Virus record (IMG/VR): IMGVR_UViG_3300020195_000410
Coordinates: 1,972-65,971 of that record
Direction: 5' to 3' (one strand)
DNA from: a virus
Taxonomy: Duplodnaviria > Caudoviricetes
Length of the DNA: 64,000 nucleotides
Shown piece after piece: positions 1-9,257 of this stretch (position 1 is the first letter of the stretch; each line of letters starts with the position of its first letter). The position numbers and the translations under genes are program-made. Under the pieces are notes generated by a model that was not told where the DNA came from, did not search any database, and was given only the letters and a program-made list of their open reading frames with translations.

Positions 1-311
1 CGATCTTTGTTGTAGAAGCCACGTGACACGACATAGCAAGCCTCGTGTGGATTCCAAGAAGCGACACAGACCCATTCTCCGTCATCCCAGTTGCGATTGG
101 ATACGAGGATGCGATAAGGTTCTTCCTCGAAGACCTGCTTGACGTGAAAGTCCGCCTTCTTGAGAGCGGCGGACGCATATCCCAGAGATACTTTGGCGGC
201 ATGGTTCAAAACCTCTTTTACAGTGGAGCGGTAATTCACCTCAACACTGTAACGAGTATCACTTTCCACCAAAGCTGATTTGGCTTTTAGCCAGCCTACG
301 AATGTTTCCAT
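1..311 (-). CDS. hypothetical protein, partial (runs off left edge), METFVGWLKAK...
   Basis: Hand-translated open frame from ATG at 311 to the window edge; TATATA motif 4 nt upstream. Confidence 0.75.
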   Translation of the reverse strand, partial: METFVGWLKAKSALVESDTRYSVEVNYRSTVKEVLNHAAKVSLGYASAALKKADFHVKQVFEEEPYRILVSNRNWDDGEWVCVASWNPHEACYVVSRGFYNKD

Positions 312-326
312 GCTTTATATAGCAAA

Positions 327-1265
327 TCAGTCCATTGTTATGGCAGGGATGTCGCCAAACTTATAGATCAGATCTTCTTTCCATTTATCGAATAACTCTC
401 GACCTGTAGTCCTCATGTACTCACCGTCAAGCTGCATACCGCCACCGGGTCCGGGAGGAGATGAGTATTTTCCTCTAATGTTTCCCAATATGATCATAGA
501 ATACGCCACAGCACCTTCGATCATCGCCTGATTGACTTCTTTCCAGTCCTTGCATTTTTGGAGGTAGTGGACCATGGCAGTGTTACAACCACATGGGGCG
601 GGATACAACTTGATATATCCAAGATCAGAAACCCATTCCCAGCCGCCAATCTGACTTGAAGTTCTGGCGTACATGTTCTCATATTGCTTGAACAACACCC
701 ATTCGCCCATGTTGCCCCACATTGGCTGAACTGGGTTGATCATGCCAGTCGATCCACCGGCAGATCCGGGATAGAAGTATTCCAACGGAAGCACTCCACC
801 AAGATCCTGAGAGTTGAATGCAAAATTTGCACCTTGTTCACGGTAGAAGACATTCCTAATAATTCCAACATCATCTGGCATCTTGTAGACGCTCTTGCCG
901 GGGACTGTGCGAAACGTGTAATAGTCGAAGAATTCACGACCTGCATATTCCTCGAAAATTTTCAAGATGTAGTTCACAACAAAGTCTAACTGTTGTGTGT
1001 CTAGCTCTATTTTAATGACTGGTGCTCCTAGAGTTAAAAGCACAGCATCCTTGATATCTTCTCGAACTTTCTCTCTATGCTTCCTTGGACCGATTGTTCT
1101 GTCGTGAGCGGATACATACTTACAAGCGTCTGAGTCGCATGTAGCGGCCATCGACTTGGTGGTTGTTCCACAAGAATGATTGAATTGAGCTTGTGATGGT
1201 CTGTTAATTGCCAGTGTTTGATTTCCGCAAGACATTTTTGATACTCCAGATTGATTCGCCAACAA
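327..1265 (-). CDS. neck / head-tail adaptor protein (T4 gp13-like)
   Basis: LGAPVIKIELDTQQLD motif and C-terminal LGNIRGKY..P.PGG..LDG typical of gp13-like proteins; in a morphogenesis cluster. Confidence 0.75.
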   Translation of the reverse strand: MLANQSGVSKMSCGNQTLAINRPSQAQFNHSCGTTTKSMAATCDSDACKYVSAHDRTIGPRKHREKVREDIKDAVLLTLGAPVIKIELDTQQLDFVVNYILKIFEEYAGREFFDYYTFRTVPGKSVYKMPDDVGIIRNVFYREQGANFAFNSQDLGGVLPLEYFYPGSAGGSTGMINPVQPMWGNMGEWVLFKQYENMYARTSSQIGGWEWVSDLGYIKLYPAPCGCNTAMVHYLQKCKDWKEVNQAMIEGAVAYSMIILGNIRGKYSSPPGPGGGMQLDGEYMRTTGRELFDKWKEDLIYKFGDIPAITMD

Positions 1266-1276
1266 TATATATGACT

Positions 1277-4200
1277 ATGAGTAGAAACATGAGGAACATA
1301 ATGAGATTCAGGGACCATTGCAAAAACGTACCAGTGGTATTGATGGAATCAAAAAAATTCATGGCACAGAACGCCACGTTAAGACGTGAGAACACGCCTC
1401 TTCCCGGACCAATGGATTTCAGTAGTGGGAGAATGCCAGAGAATCTTAAGGTTTGTGTGGCGAACGTATTGAATAAAGTTCCTACAACAAAAAGAGCGGC
1501 TGTATTGCAATGGATCATGGGATCTGCTGCCGTTCATGCGTCGTCTGCCAGAGTTAAAATCGCCAATTGGGTCAGACAAGAATTGTGGAATAGATTTCAA
1601 TTCAATCCAAATTGGAGCGATGAAACATGGGAAGAAGCTGTTTTCAACAAGCAAGCATACAAAGAAGTTCCACAGCTTGGACAAATGGCTGATGAGATTG
1701 AAGAAAAATGGTTTTCTGATCCAGAAAACGAACCCGATATCATTCCGATCAGAGATTCAAAAAATTCTACAAGCGAACGAGGAGCCATTAGTCTGCATCA
1801 TATCAACGCCATGCTTCTCAGAGATGGCATGACTCCGTTGGTTTTTGGTGGTCCAGACGGATATCTTTCGTACATGGAGAAAGGACACTGGAACGACAAG
1901 AAAATAAGCAGAGGGACTAATTTCGGCAATCAGGGGCATGACATGAGCCTTCGTAGATCACGAGATTATCAGGGATACAAAACAGACCCGCTTACTAACA
2001 CTCAATTTCCTAGTTTGGGGAATGCGAAAAAAATATTCGATCCAAAAGATCTTGAGTTGACAGGAGAAAAACATCAAGGAGGTTATAACCCACTCAATAA
2101 TCTATCGACAATAGATTCTGCAATCTTTCGATCAGAAAGAAACACCAGAAGCATGTTGGATAAAATCGCTGGACAAATAGAATCTGGAGTTAAAGTTAAA
2201 GAACTTGATCATCCAGACATGGCTTTTTTGAAGTCAATGATCAGAGATGGGAAACTTAACCCAGAAGTTGTCAATGATGAAGAAGAGTTGCTTGCTCAAA
2301 TTGCCGGTATCTCAAATAAAGATGCTGTCAAGGAAATCGACGATGAGACAGGTAAAAATGTTCCTTGGGTTCGTGTTGGTGGCAATGACGAACAATACAC
2401 CATGATGAAGGCATCAGCTAAAGCTTCTCTGGAATATCTCTTGCAATTACCTCCGGGTGAAAAAAACCCCGGAAACGGACTTGGAAATGACCATAGTGCA
2501 AATCCATGGCCATGGGCTTCAATAAGAATTTCAGGCCAGACACCAATTGATCTGAATCCAGAGAATCCGAACACAGATGTTGACAAACCAGAGGTTCGAA
2601 AAAATGTAGTCGATAAATTGATGAATTTGATTTTCAATGATTCAGAAAGAACATGTCTAAAAACCATTGCGTCTATAAGAAACGGCGAACGTGGGATCAA
2701 GAGATACTCAAAAGTTCAGAAATACAACACTAGAATTCCTGTTTCAAGTCTTATGATTGGCAAAAATGGAACGGGACATGAAGCATTGCGTTTCAGGAAA
2801 GACGTGCCTGTTTCTGTGTCAATTGATGGCAAGAATGTGGAAATTGATCCAAAAGAAATTCTCGGCAATGATAAAGGGGCAAGAAAATTCATAAATCGAA
2901 AATTCAAATTCGGCGGAGAGTTCGCTCCTACATTTCAACAATCTGAATTGGACAAATCTTACACACGAGAGCAAGTGCAGAAGTTAATTGATGACAACAA
3001 TTATAAAGTAGGTGGAAACGGAACAACTTTCATTACATTGTGGTTCAATGGATCTTCTGATATTAGAAAATTTGTAAAACTCGCTGATGGAAATTGGGGA
3101 GAAATTGTGACATCTCCCGGACAGCCAATAAATCCATCAACAAGCTTGAAGCCTCTTGACAAGCACAACACTGTGGCATTGGCAATGTTGAATGGCAAAG
3201 AAATTCTCGTAAGAAAGATAAAGACGCCTGATGGACATGACCAATGGGTGCAAATGCCACCGGGAGTTAAAACAGATGACATCCGACCAATTCTTGGATC
3301 AATTAGACCAAGCTTCAACGTCGCTGGTGGTGTTCGTGATAAAATGGAGTTTGATCCAGAGAGACAAACAAAGGAATGGGATTATTTCATGAATAATCTG
3401 GAAAAATTCAATGACATCTACAACAAAGAATTCAATACAGCACAGAGCATTGTTCATGGAGTTAAATCAGCCAATCAAGTTGGAAGAAAAGGATTTGATG
3501 CTAGTAAGTACATTGGCGATGCAATAATGGATGTTCAGGCACACATTGCGAATCAATCATTCAGATATGGCACTCCAGAAATTCTTAAAATGGAGCTTGC
3601 AAAAAGATCTAAATCTGTAGATCCAACATCAATTGAAAGACCAGATGTCGGGAGCACACATGGCACACAATCATTGGGGCAAGATTCAGATCCAACATCA
3701 ATTGAAAGACCAAATGTCGGGAGCACACATGGCACTGACGATGCTGATGCTGCAAAACTTGCAAGAATCAAAGCTCAACGTGATTTGTTAAGATCTTCAC
3801 TTGGACAACCAGTTGATGAGACAGATCCCGACGCCGCAAAAAAACTTGCAAGAATCAAAGCTCAACGTGATTTGTTAAGATCACTTGGAGAATCCGTAAG
3901 AGTCCATGAATCAAATGAAGATGGCGACGAACAAAGTTCAATAATCAAATTTTACAAGCATGTGGTTTTTGACCTAGCTGGAGATGTAGAAGCACATGAT
4001 GGCCCACCAAAAATCGTCAACAAAACGCTTTATGTAAACCCAGAAATGTTAGACGCTATTTTGCAAAGTGGATATATTTGGAGAAAAAGAAAAGCTGCAA
4101 ACGCAGCGGTCAATTCTTACAAAGCAGATCCTAAAGCTCAATCCACAGGCACTGGAGGCGGAGGTGGCGGAGACGATGAAATGGATCATTGGGCCAACGT

Positions 4201-4834
4201 CGCCGACAACGATGAAGATGATGAACTAGAAAAACAAGCGGCAATTGACTCTGGAGAAGCCGATTATGATGACAACAACAGAGGAAGACACTCTAGGGGA
4301 AGTTATGATTCAGACACCTCTGATTTTTCTTCTTTTGACATCGGACAAGGAGAAACAGATAGTGTAGATGATGAAATCGCCAGACTGGAAGCTGAAAAAG
4401 CCAAAGCCAAGAAAGGTGAATTTACACAATCATCTCCTCAACAACAGTTTGGTCAAGCGGCAACAACAAGATCGTCTCTCGCAAGAGGATATTCCTCTAG
4501 CCCAAATTTGCCGATGAAACAAGCAACAGATAGAAGATCGGCAAACCTTGATTCTCTAAGGGCGGCAGGTAATTCGGGACCAGTTGATACGAATAAATTG
4601 AATAACATTTTCGGTACGCAAGAAAATGCTTCTCTCAAAGGATATGCACAGTGGCTTATTGAAAATGAAGCAATTCATGATCCTAAAGTCAAAATCAAAG
4701 ATGGATGTGGATTCAATTGGTGGGGGGCCGCTGGCGATCCATTAGGCGTTTCTATCTCCGGCAAGGCAGACTCATCAAAGTCTGATCCTACAGGAAAGGG
4801 AAAAGTTGGAAAATCAAGAACACCAAGAAAATAA
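1277..4834 (+). CDS. large hypothetical virion-associated protein with internal repeats and acidic C-terminal region
   Basis: About 1185-codon ORF; start moved to the ATG downstream of TATATA (1266-1271). Confidence 0.7.
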   Translation: MSRNMRNIMRFRDHCKNVPVVLMESKKFMAQNATLRRENTPLPGPMDFSSGRMPENLKVCVANVLNKVPTTKRAAVLQWIMGSAAVHASSARVKIANWVRQELWNRFQFNPNWSDETWEEAVFNKQAYKEVPQLGQMADEIEEKWFSDPENEPDIIPIRDSKNSTSERGAISLHHINAMLLRDGMTPLVFGGPDGYLSYMEKGHWNDKKISRGTNFGNQGHDMSLRRSRDYQGYKTDPLTNTQFPSLGNAKKIFDPKDLELTGEKHQGGYNPLNNLSTIDSAIFRSERNTRSMLDKIAGQIESGVKVKELDHPDMAFLKSMIRDGKLNPEVVNDEEELLAQIAGISNKDAVKEIDDETGKNVPWVRVGGNDEQYTMMKASAKASLEYLLQLPPGEKNPGNGLGNDHSANPWPWASIRISGQTPIDLNPENPNTDVDKPEVRKNVVDKLMNLIFNDSERTCLKTIASIRNGERGIKRYSKVQKYNTRIPVSSLMIGKNGTGHEALRFRKDVPVSVSIDGKNVEIDPKEILGNDKGARKFINRKFKFGGEFAPTFQQSELDKSYTREQVQKLIDDNNYKVGGNGTTFITLWFNGSSDIRKFVKLADGNWGEIVTSPGQPINPSTSLKPLDKHNTVALAMLNGKEILVRKIKTPDGHDQWVQMPPGVKTDDIRPILGSIRPSFNVAGGVRDKMEFDPERQTKEWDYFMNNLEKFNDIYNKEFNTAQSIVHGVKSANQVGRKGFDASKYIGDAIMDVQAHIANQSFRYGTPEILKMELAKRSKSVDPTSIERPDVGSTHGTQSLGQDSDPTSIERPNVGSTHGTDDADAAKLARIKAQRDLLRSSLGQPVDETDPDAAKKLARIKAQRDLLRSLGESVRVHESNEDGDEQSSIIKFYKHVVFDLAGDVEAHDGPPKIVNKTLYVNPEMLDAILQSGYIWRKRKAANAAVNSYKADPKAQSTGTGGGGGGDDEMDHWANVADNDEDDELEKQAAIDSGEADYDDNNRGRHSRGSYDSDTSDFSSFDIGQGETDSVDDEIARLEAEKAKAKKGEFTQSSPQQQFGQAATTRSSLARGYSSSPNLPMKQATDRRSANLDSLRAAGNSGPVDTNKLNNIFGTQENASLKGYAQWLIENEAIHDPKVKIKDGCGFNWWGAAGDPLGVSISGKADSSKSDPTGKGKVGKSRTPRK
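3620..3882 (+). repeat. two intragenic direct repeat pairs (DPTSIERP[D/N]VGSTHGT x2; AKLARIKAQRDLLRS x2)
   Basis: Near-identical ~47 nt copies at ~3620 and ~3690; ~40 nt copies at ~3754 and ~3842. Confidence 0.9.
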
Positions 4835-5102
4835 AAGCAACTTCGTAAAGTACATGTCGAACCCACGATGCTTCACATTGAAGAAGTGGTTCTCAGAGTT
4901 GCTTAATGCAGACTATGCACAACACGATGAGATTGTCGAACGAATCTCCACGTCTATGTTAACAGACGCAGACGTGGCGAAGTTCGGCAAACTCATTATG
5001 AACATCTATGAGACTGCTTACAAAAAAGCAGTCGCAGACTACAAAACGGAATTTGAAAAAATGGGAGTCAAAATTTCCATTGGGACTCAAGAGCTTAGCT
5101 AA
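4806..5102 (+). CDS. hypothetical protein
   Basis: 98 aa ORF overlapping the upstream stop. Confidence 0.7.
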   Translation: MENQEHQENKSNFVKYMSNPRCFTLKKWFSELLNADYAQHDEIVERISTSMLTDADVAKFGKLIMNIYETAYKKAVADYKTEFEKMGVKISIGTQELS

Positions 5103-5757
5103 AATCAGGATTGGAGTCTGAGGTAATCGCCTTGGCCAACCAGCCACCAGTCTTTTGTTCTACGTCTTTGATTCTCCACCATCTTTCACCGCCCTGCTTT
5201 ACTTTCCTGTAAACGACAGATTGGGCTGTGACTGGCTTGATGCACCAGAATTGTAGCTCAAGATCCGATTGGTCTATGATCACAGCATCAAACACAAACT
5301 TCTCCCCGTATTCGATAGTGTCGTATGTGCTTCCGTAGAAGTCATCTGTGAATGTCTTACGTCCTATGGCCGGAGCACAGTAATACTCGACGCCTCGTTC
5401 TTTGAGAATTCGAGCCATCTTTGGATCGACGTTTAACACAGGTGTTTCCGGTTCTGGCATTCTGAAGATTTGTGGAGGCTCTTCTTTGGGCATCTCCCGA
5501 ATCTCTTCAATGAACTTCCTCGGTTCAATTGTTTTGGCCCTCTTCTCTTTGGCCTTCAATTTAAGATCTTGTCCGATGTCAACCACTGTGGCATTGAAAG
5601 CTTCTACAGGATTCCTCAAATCTGTTACAACTTCTTCGTGTCGAACTCTCATGTTGAATAGTTTGATTCTGCTTTTGTCCCACTCTTGTTGAGTCTTCAT
5701 CAGAGGGTTTGGACCTCGGAGAGTGTAAACCTTCCCGTCTTTGTCCTTAATTGCCAT
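5095..5757 (-). CDS. hypothetical, probable virion structural protein
   Basis: 220 aa ORF; N-terminus MAIKDKDGKVY resembles MAIKNPDGSTY of the 7194 neck protein. Confidence 0.65.
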   Translation of the reverse strand: MAIKDKDGKVYTLRGPNPLMKTQQEWDKSRIKLFNMRVRHEEVVTDLRNPVEAFNATVVDIGQDLKLKAKEKRAKTIEPRKFIEEIREMPKEEPPQIFRMPEPETPVLNVDPKMARILKERGVEYYCAPAIGRKTFTDDFYGSTYDTIEYGEKFVFDAVIIDQSDLELQFWCIKPVTAQSVVYRKVKQGGERWWRIKDVEQKTGGWLAKAITSDSNPDFS

Positions 5758-5968
5758 GCTTGTACCCTATCCTTACCTCGGCTTCGCCAGAAAATTTGAT
5801 GCTACTGTATCTATGGATGTAGTTGTTTATGATCTTACAGATTGTGGACTGGCTCAACTCGAATCTCTTCGCAAGTTCTTGCTGTGTAAGATCTCCTTCA
5901 GAGTACATCGTTCTGATTTGTTCAACAAGCTGTTTGTCAACCTGTTTGGGTCGAGCCATATTATTCAC
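5747..5968 (-). CDS. small helix-turn-helix DNA-binding protein
   Basis: TQQELAKRFELSQSTICKII HTH pattern. Confidence 0.75.
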   Translation of the reverse strand: MNNMARPKQVDKQLVEQIRTMYSEGDLTQQELAKRFELSQSTICKIINNYIHRYSSIKFSGEAEVRIGYKHGN

Positions 5969-6026
5969 TCCAATTGTTCGTATTCACTCTATATAAGGTA
6001 GCCCACTTAATAAAGGAATCAAAAAT

Positions 6027-6428
6027 ATGGCCCTCGTAGTCCCAGATCAAAAAGGCGAAATTCTTCTTCTTCAATACATTGTTGGAATGGTAAATGCCGA
6101 CAACCCTGTGTTGCATCTGTTCCGCAATGACGTAACGCCCTCTGACTCAACAGTTATTGGCGATCTAACAGAAGTTGGCGGATCGACAGGATACAACGCA
6201 ATCACGTTGGTTTCAGCGAATTGGACAACAACACAATCTGCCGGTGTCACAACTGCTGTATATTCAGAACAGACATTTGCGTTTGGTACAGATGCAGTAG
6301 CTTACGGATACTATGTCACAAATGAAACAGGATCTCTGCTTTGGCTGGAAAGATTCAGCGGTGCTCCGTTTGATATTCCAGATGGCGGCGGAACAATCTC
6401 GATTACAGCGAAGATCACGTTGTCCTAA
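6027..6428 (+). CDS. probable virion structural protein
   Basis: 133 aa, Thr/Gly-rich beta-type composition, RBS AAGGAA. Confidence 0.6.
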   Translation: MALVVPDQKGEILLLQYIVGMVNADNPVLHLFRNDVTPSDSTVIGDLTEVGGSTGYNAITLVSANWTTTQSAGVTTAVYSEQTFAFGTDAVAYGYYVTNETGSLLWLERFSGAPFDIPDGGGTISITAKITLS

Positions 6429-6697
6429 CAGGAAGTAAAAATCCCGTCAGTCAGATAGCCGTGCCAATTACAACCACCCACAAAGCGAATGCTTGGGGTG
6501 GTTGTTGGTTTTTCCAGATCTCCGTTCCAGCCCCAAGCGTGTTCTCCTTTGACAAGCACGCCTCCAAAAGCACCACAACCGCAAGGACAAGCAAATGTCA
6601 TGCGGTCTGGTATTCCTTCGTTGAAGTGCCACATGAAATCTCCGGGAGACTTCATGTTTTCAAACGCTTCTACTTTAGTTGCTTTAACTTCGCTCAT
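6425..6697 (-). CDS. DUF6527-like small Cys/His protein
   Basis: CPCGCG...WGWNG...PTTTPSI...CNWHGYLTDG. Confidence 0.6.
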   Translation of the reverse strand: MSEVKATKVEAFENMKSPGDFMWHFNEGIPDRMTFACPCGCGAFGGVLVKGEHAWGWNGDLEKPTTTPSIRFVGGCNWHGYLTDGIFTSC

Positions 6698-6699
6698 GA

Positions 6700-7161
6700 T
6701 TAAGAAGGGCGATGATCGCCCGGAACTCCAAACAATTGTGCAACAACTTCTGGATCTTTTTTGTTCCAGCTACCTTCCCGGTATTTTGTAACAAAGAAGT
6801 CAATTGCCGCTGGAATAATTTGGCCAATAACAATGGTTCTGATAAGCGGCGAAAAAGGCTTCAACCAAATTGGCATTGCTTGATAAATGATCTTATCATA
6901 GATGCGAGTGAGAGCATCTAAAACTGTAGCCTTTTTGTCGATGCCGCTTGCAACCAAGCTGTCAACATAAGACACCAAATCATCCATTCTTGACAACAAG
7001 AAATTAGTGATGGCCACGAAGCTTACTTTCTTCCAAACCTGCCACCACTTAGAAGCAGTTTTGCTTTCATCCCACTTAACTGCCATTGTTTCGATATAAT
7101 TTTCGATCCCTGAATCAGCAACAGCTTTGCCGACCGGACCAGTAACATGAATGTCGCTCAT
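6700..7161 (-). CDS. hypothetical protein
   Basis: GGAGG RBS before MSDIHV. Confidence 0.7.
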   Translation of the reverse strand: MSDIHVTGPVGKAVADSGIENYIETMAVKWDESKTASKWWQVWKKVSFVAITNFLLSRMDDLVSYVDSLVASGIDKKATVLDALTRIYDKIIYQAMPIWLKPFSPLIRTIVIGQIIPAAIDFFVTKYREGSWNKKDPEVVAQLFGVPGDHRPS

Positions 7162-7193
7162 ATTTTTCCTCCATGGATAACGATATATATGGT

Positions 7194-7790
7194 ATGGCAA
7201 TCAAGAATCCAGATGGCAGCACTTACAACGTATCAGGCTCAATGCAGCAGTTTGATCCAGATAATCCAGAGTTTGATTTGTTCAACGTCTGGGATCAAGA
7301 GGTCATTCAGATCGGCGGCACGCCGTTGTACTACTATGAGCTTTTCATCAATGTAAACAACATTGATCAGCTTTACGTTGAAGCCAGAGACAAATTGTGG
7401 TCTCAACAACCAATTTGTCTGTATGGATACTATGATCCTATACCTTCACAAAACGCTTTAGGCACATTCGGAATTGATTCTCCAGACGAGATGATGTTCG
7501 AATTTAACTACAGAAGCGTGTTGGCGACTCTTGGCCATGCTCCCAAGATTGGTGCTCGCATTTTCACACCTCATAAGCGAGAGAACTGGGTCGTCAAACA
7601 AAGAAATGTAGAGGTCTTCAAGTTGTGGGGCGAGCTTCGTCTTCAAGTCATGTGCGATAGATTCCAAGAATCTCTCACGACAGGTGAAGGCAAGGTCACT
7701 CAACGACAGCCAGACTTCAAAGTCAACAGTGTTAAAGACCTTGGCCAGAACAAGATGAATCTGGCTGGTGGTCAATCCGGTCCTCAATAA
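7194..7790 (+). CDS. neck / head-closure protein (T4 gp14-like)
   Basis: EVIQIGG.PLYY, DQLYVE, FGIDSPDEM motifs; position upstream of gp15/gp18. Confidence 0.65.
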   Translation: MAIKNPDGSTYNVSGSMQQFDPDNPEFDLFNVWDQEVIQIGGTPLYYYELFINVNNIDQLYVEARDKLWSQQPICLYGYYDPIPSQNALGTFGIDSPDEMMFEFNYRSVLATLGHAPKIGARIFTPHKRENWVVKQRNVEVFKLWGELRLQVMCDRFQESLTTGEGKVTQRQPDFKVNSVKDLGQNKMNLAGGQSGPQ

Positions 7791-7935
7791 TTTTCCAAAC
7801 CAACTCAACCCTCATCGGAGGGTGAATCATTTTGAAAAACCTCAATGGTACTTTAGGCTCTTTGAGTTCTGAGACTATTCTGAGTTTTTTCTGCAATGGG
7901 TTGCTGTTGTTCTTAAAGATTTTGTAGGGCTTCAT
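7732..7935 (-). CDS. small hypothetical protein
   Basis: 67 aa ORF filling the gap. Confidence 0.4.
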   Translation of the reverse strand: MKPYKIFKNNSNPLQKKLRIVSELKEPKVPLRFFKMIHPPMRVELVWKIIEDRIDHQPDSSCSGQGL

Positions 7936-7959
7936 AACTTATACAATAGGGATCTCGAA

Positions 7960-9033
7960 ATGAAAAATTACTGGCTTGCCAGAAACGGTTATAAACACAT
8001 AGATAAAGAAAGAGGCATAATGTCAGAACCAACTTTAGTCCCATGTAATGAACCCGGTTTTATCCAAGACCTAAACATCGACGGACCTCCTCCGTATTGT
8101 CGAGTTGGGGAATCTGATAAATCATCTGGCACGATTGACCACAAAGATTTTCTTGATAATCAAAAAGACGTTGCAGGTCGTGACATCTCGTGGCTCGAAG
8201 ATGCGACTCAAAGAAAGATGGGACAAGGAGCATCTGCTCTCTGCGATCCTCAGCAGACCGGGCACATCATTAACGAACAAGGCATGAGTCCTCCAAACAG
8301 GAACGCCGTCTATCGTTATTCTAAATCAATTCGTGGAACAGATGAAGCTTGCATGGATTTGTTCAAAGACATCATTGTCTTAGATGAATCTGGAAAAGCT
8401 CATCAAATTCCAATTATTTGGGCCACACAAGAAAAGGCAGTTGCCTACATACTTCAAGAGAATGTAAGAAAAGATGAGAGTCTTGTAGTTGATAGAATTC
8501 GATTGCCTATGTTGGCGATCCATGCTTCCAACTACAACTATAATCAAGGTCGATACACGTATCACAAAGCAATTGATTATTTGCGGGACTTCAAAGATAA
8601 GAGACCGGGATTCACAACAAGTGAACGATATCAAAGAGACACAGTGTTTGGGGTGAGCCGTGGCATTCCAATTGATATCAGCTACACATTGTACGCTTGG
8701 ACATTGTACGAAGAAGATATGAATCAGATTCTGACTCAGATCGTTACAAAATTCAGTCCGATGGCATACATACGAGTAAGAGGAATCTCGTGGGAGATAG
8801 GTGTCAAGCTCGACTCAATCGCTAATAACGTAAATGTTGAGCCGGGAGACAAGCAGGTCAGAGTCTTTAAGTATCAGTTTACTTTCACAGCCGAGTCATT
8901 CGTGTCTCAGCCAATTGTTAGGAAGAAAGCCGTGTTGAAGACGAGGATAGAGGTCACTGACTCGACCATAGAAGATGACGTAACCGAAGTCTTGAGTAGG
9001 TTGGAACAAGCAGTAAAGGAATTGGAAGAATGA
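7960..9033 (+). CDS. tail terminator / sheath stabiliser (T4 gp15-like); start may be 8020
   Basis: IPIIWATQEK, RLPMLAI, DMNQILTQIVTKFSP motifs; directly upstream of sheath. Confidence 0.7.
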   Translation: MKNYWLARNGYKHIDKERGIMSEPTLVPCNEPGFIQDLNIDGPPPYCRVGESDKSSGTIDHKDFLDNQKDVAGRDISWLEDATQRKMGQGASALCDPQQTGHIINEQGMSPPNRNAVYRYSKSIRGTDEACMDLFKDIIVLDESGKAHQIPIIWATQEKAVAYILQENVRKDESLVVDRIRLPMLAIHASNYNYNQGRYTYHKAIDYLRDFKDKRPGFTTSERYQRDTVFGVSRGIPIDISYTLYAWTLYEEDMNQILTQIVTKFSPMAYIRVRGISWEIGVKLDSIANNVNVEPGDKQVRVFKYQFTFTAESFVSQPIVRKKAVLKTRIEVTDSTIEDDVTEVLSRLEQAVKELEE

Positions 9034-9254
9034 TTGAGATCAAAAACAAACAGAAAAGTCCAGTACAACTTATTGTGAGATCGAGGACGGCTCCTCGTGC
9101 TTTCACCACCCTAATCATTCCGGGCATCGGCAAGGGTAAGAACATCAGGCTTATAGAAGACGAACAAACAACAGATATTATCGAACGTGTGGAGAAGATG
9201 GGCCTGATCTCCACTAGATACATTCCAAACTCTGAGATTCGCAAGGGAGATTAA
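9030..9254 (+). CDS. small hypothetical protein
   Basis: ATGA overlap with the upstream gene. Confidence 0.7.
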   Translation: MIEIKNKQKSPVQLIVRSRTAPRAFTTLIIPGIGKGKNIRLIEDEQTTDIIERVEKMGLISTRYIPNSEIRKGD

Positions 9255-9257
9255 GAC

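Noticed and set aside
45-278. 77-aa plus-strand ORF
   Set aside because: Antisense to a longer minus-strand frame that has a promoter motif
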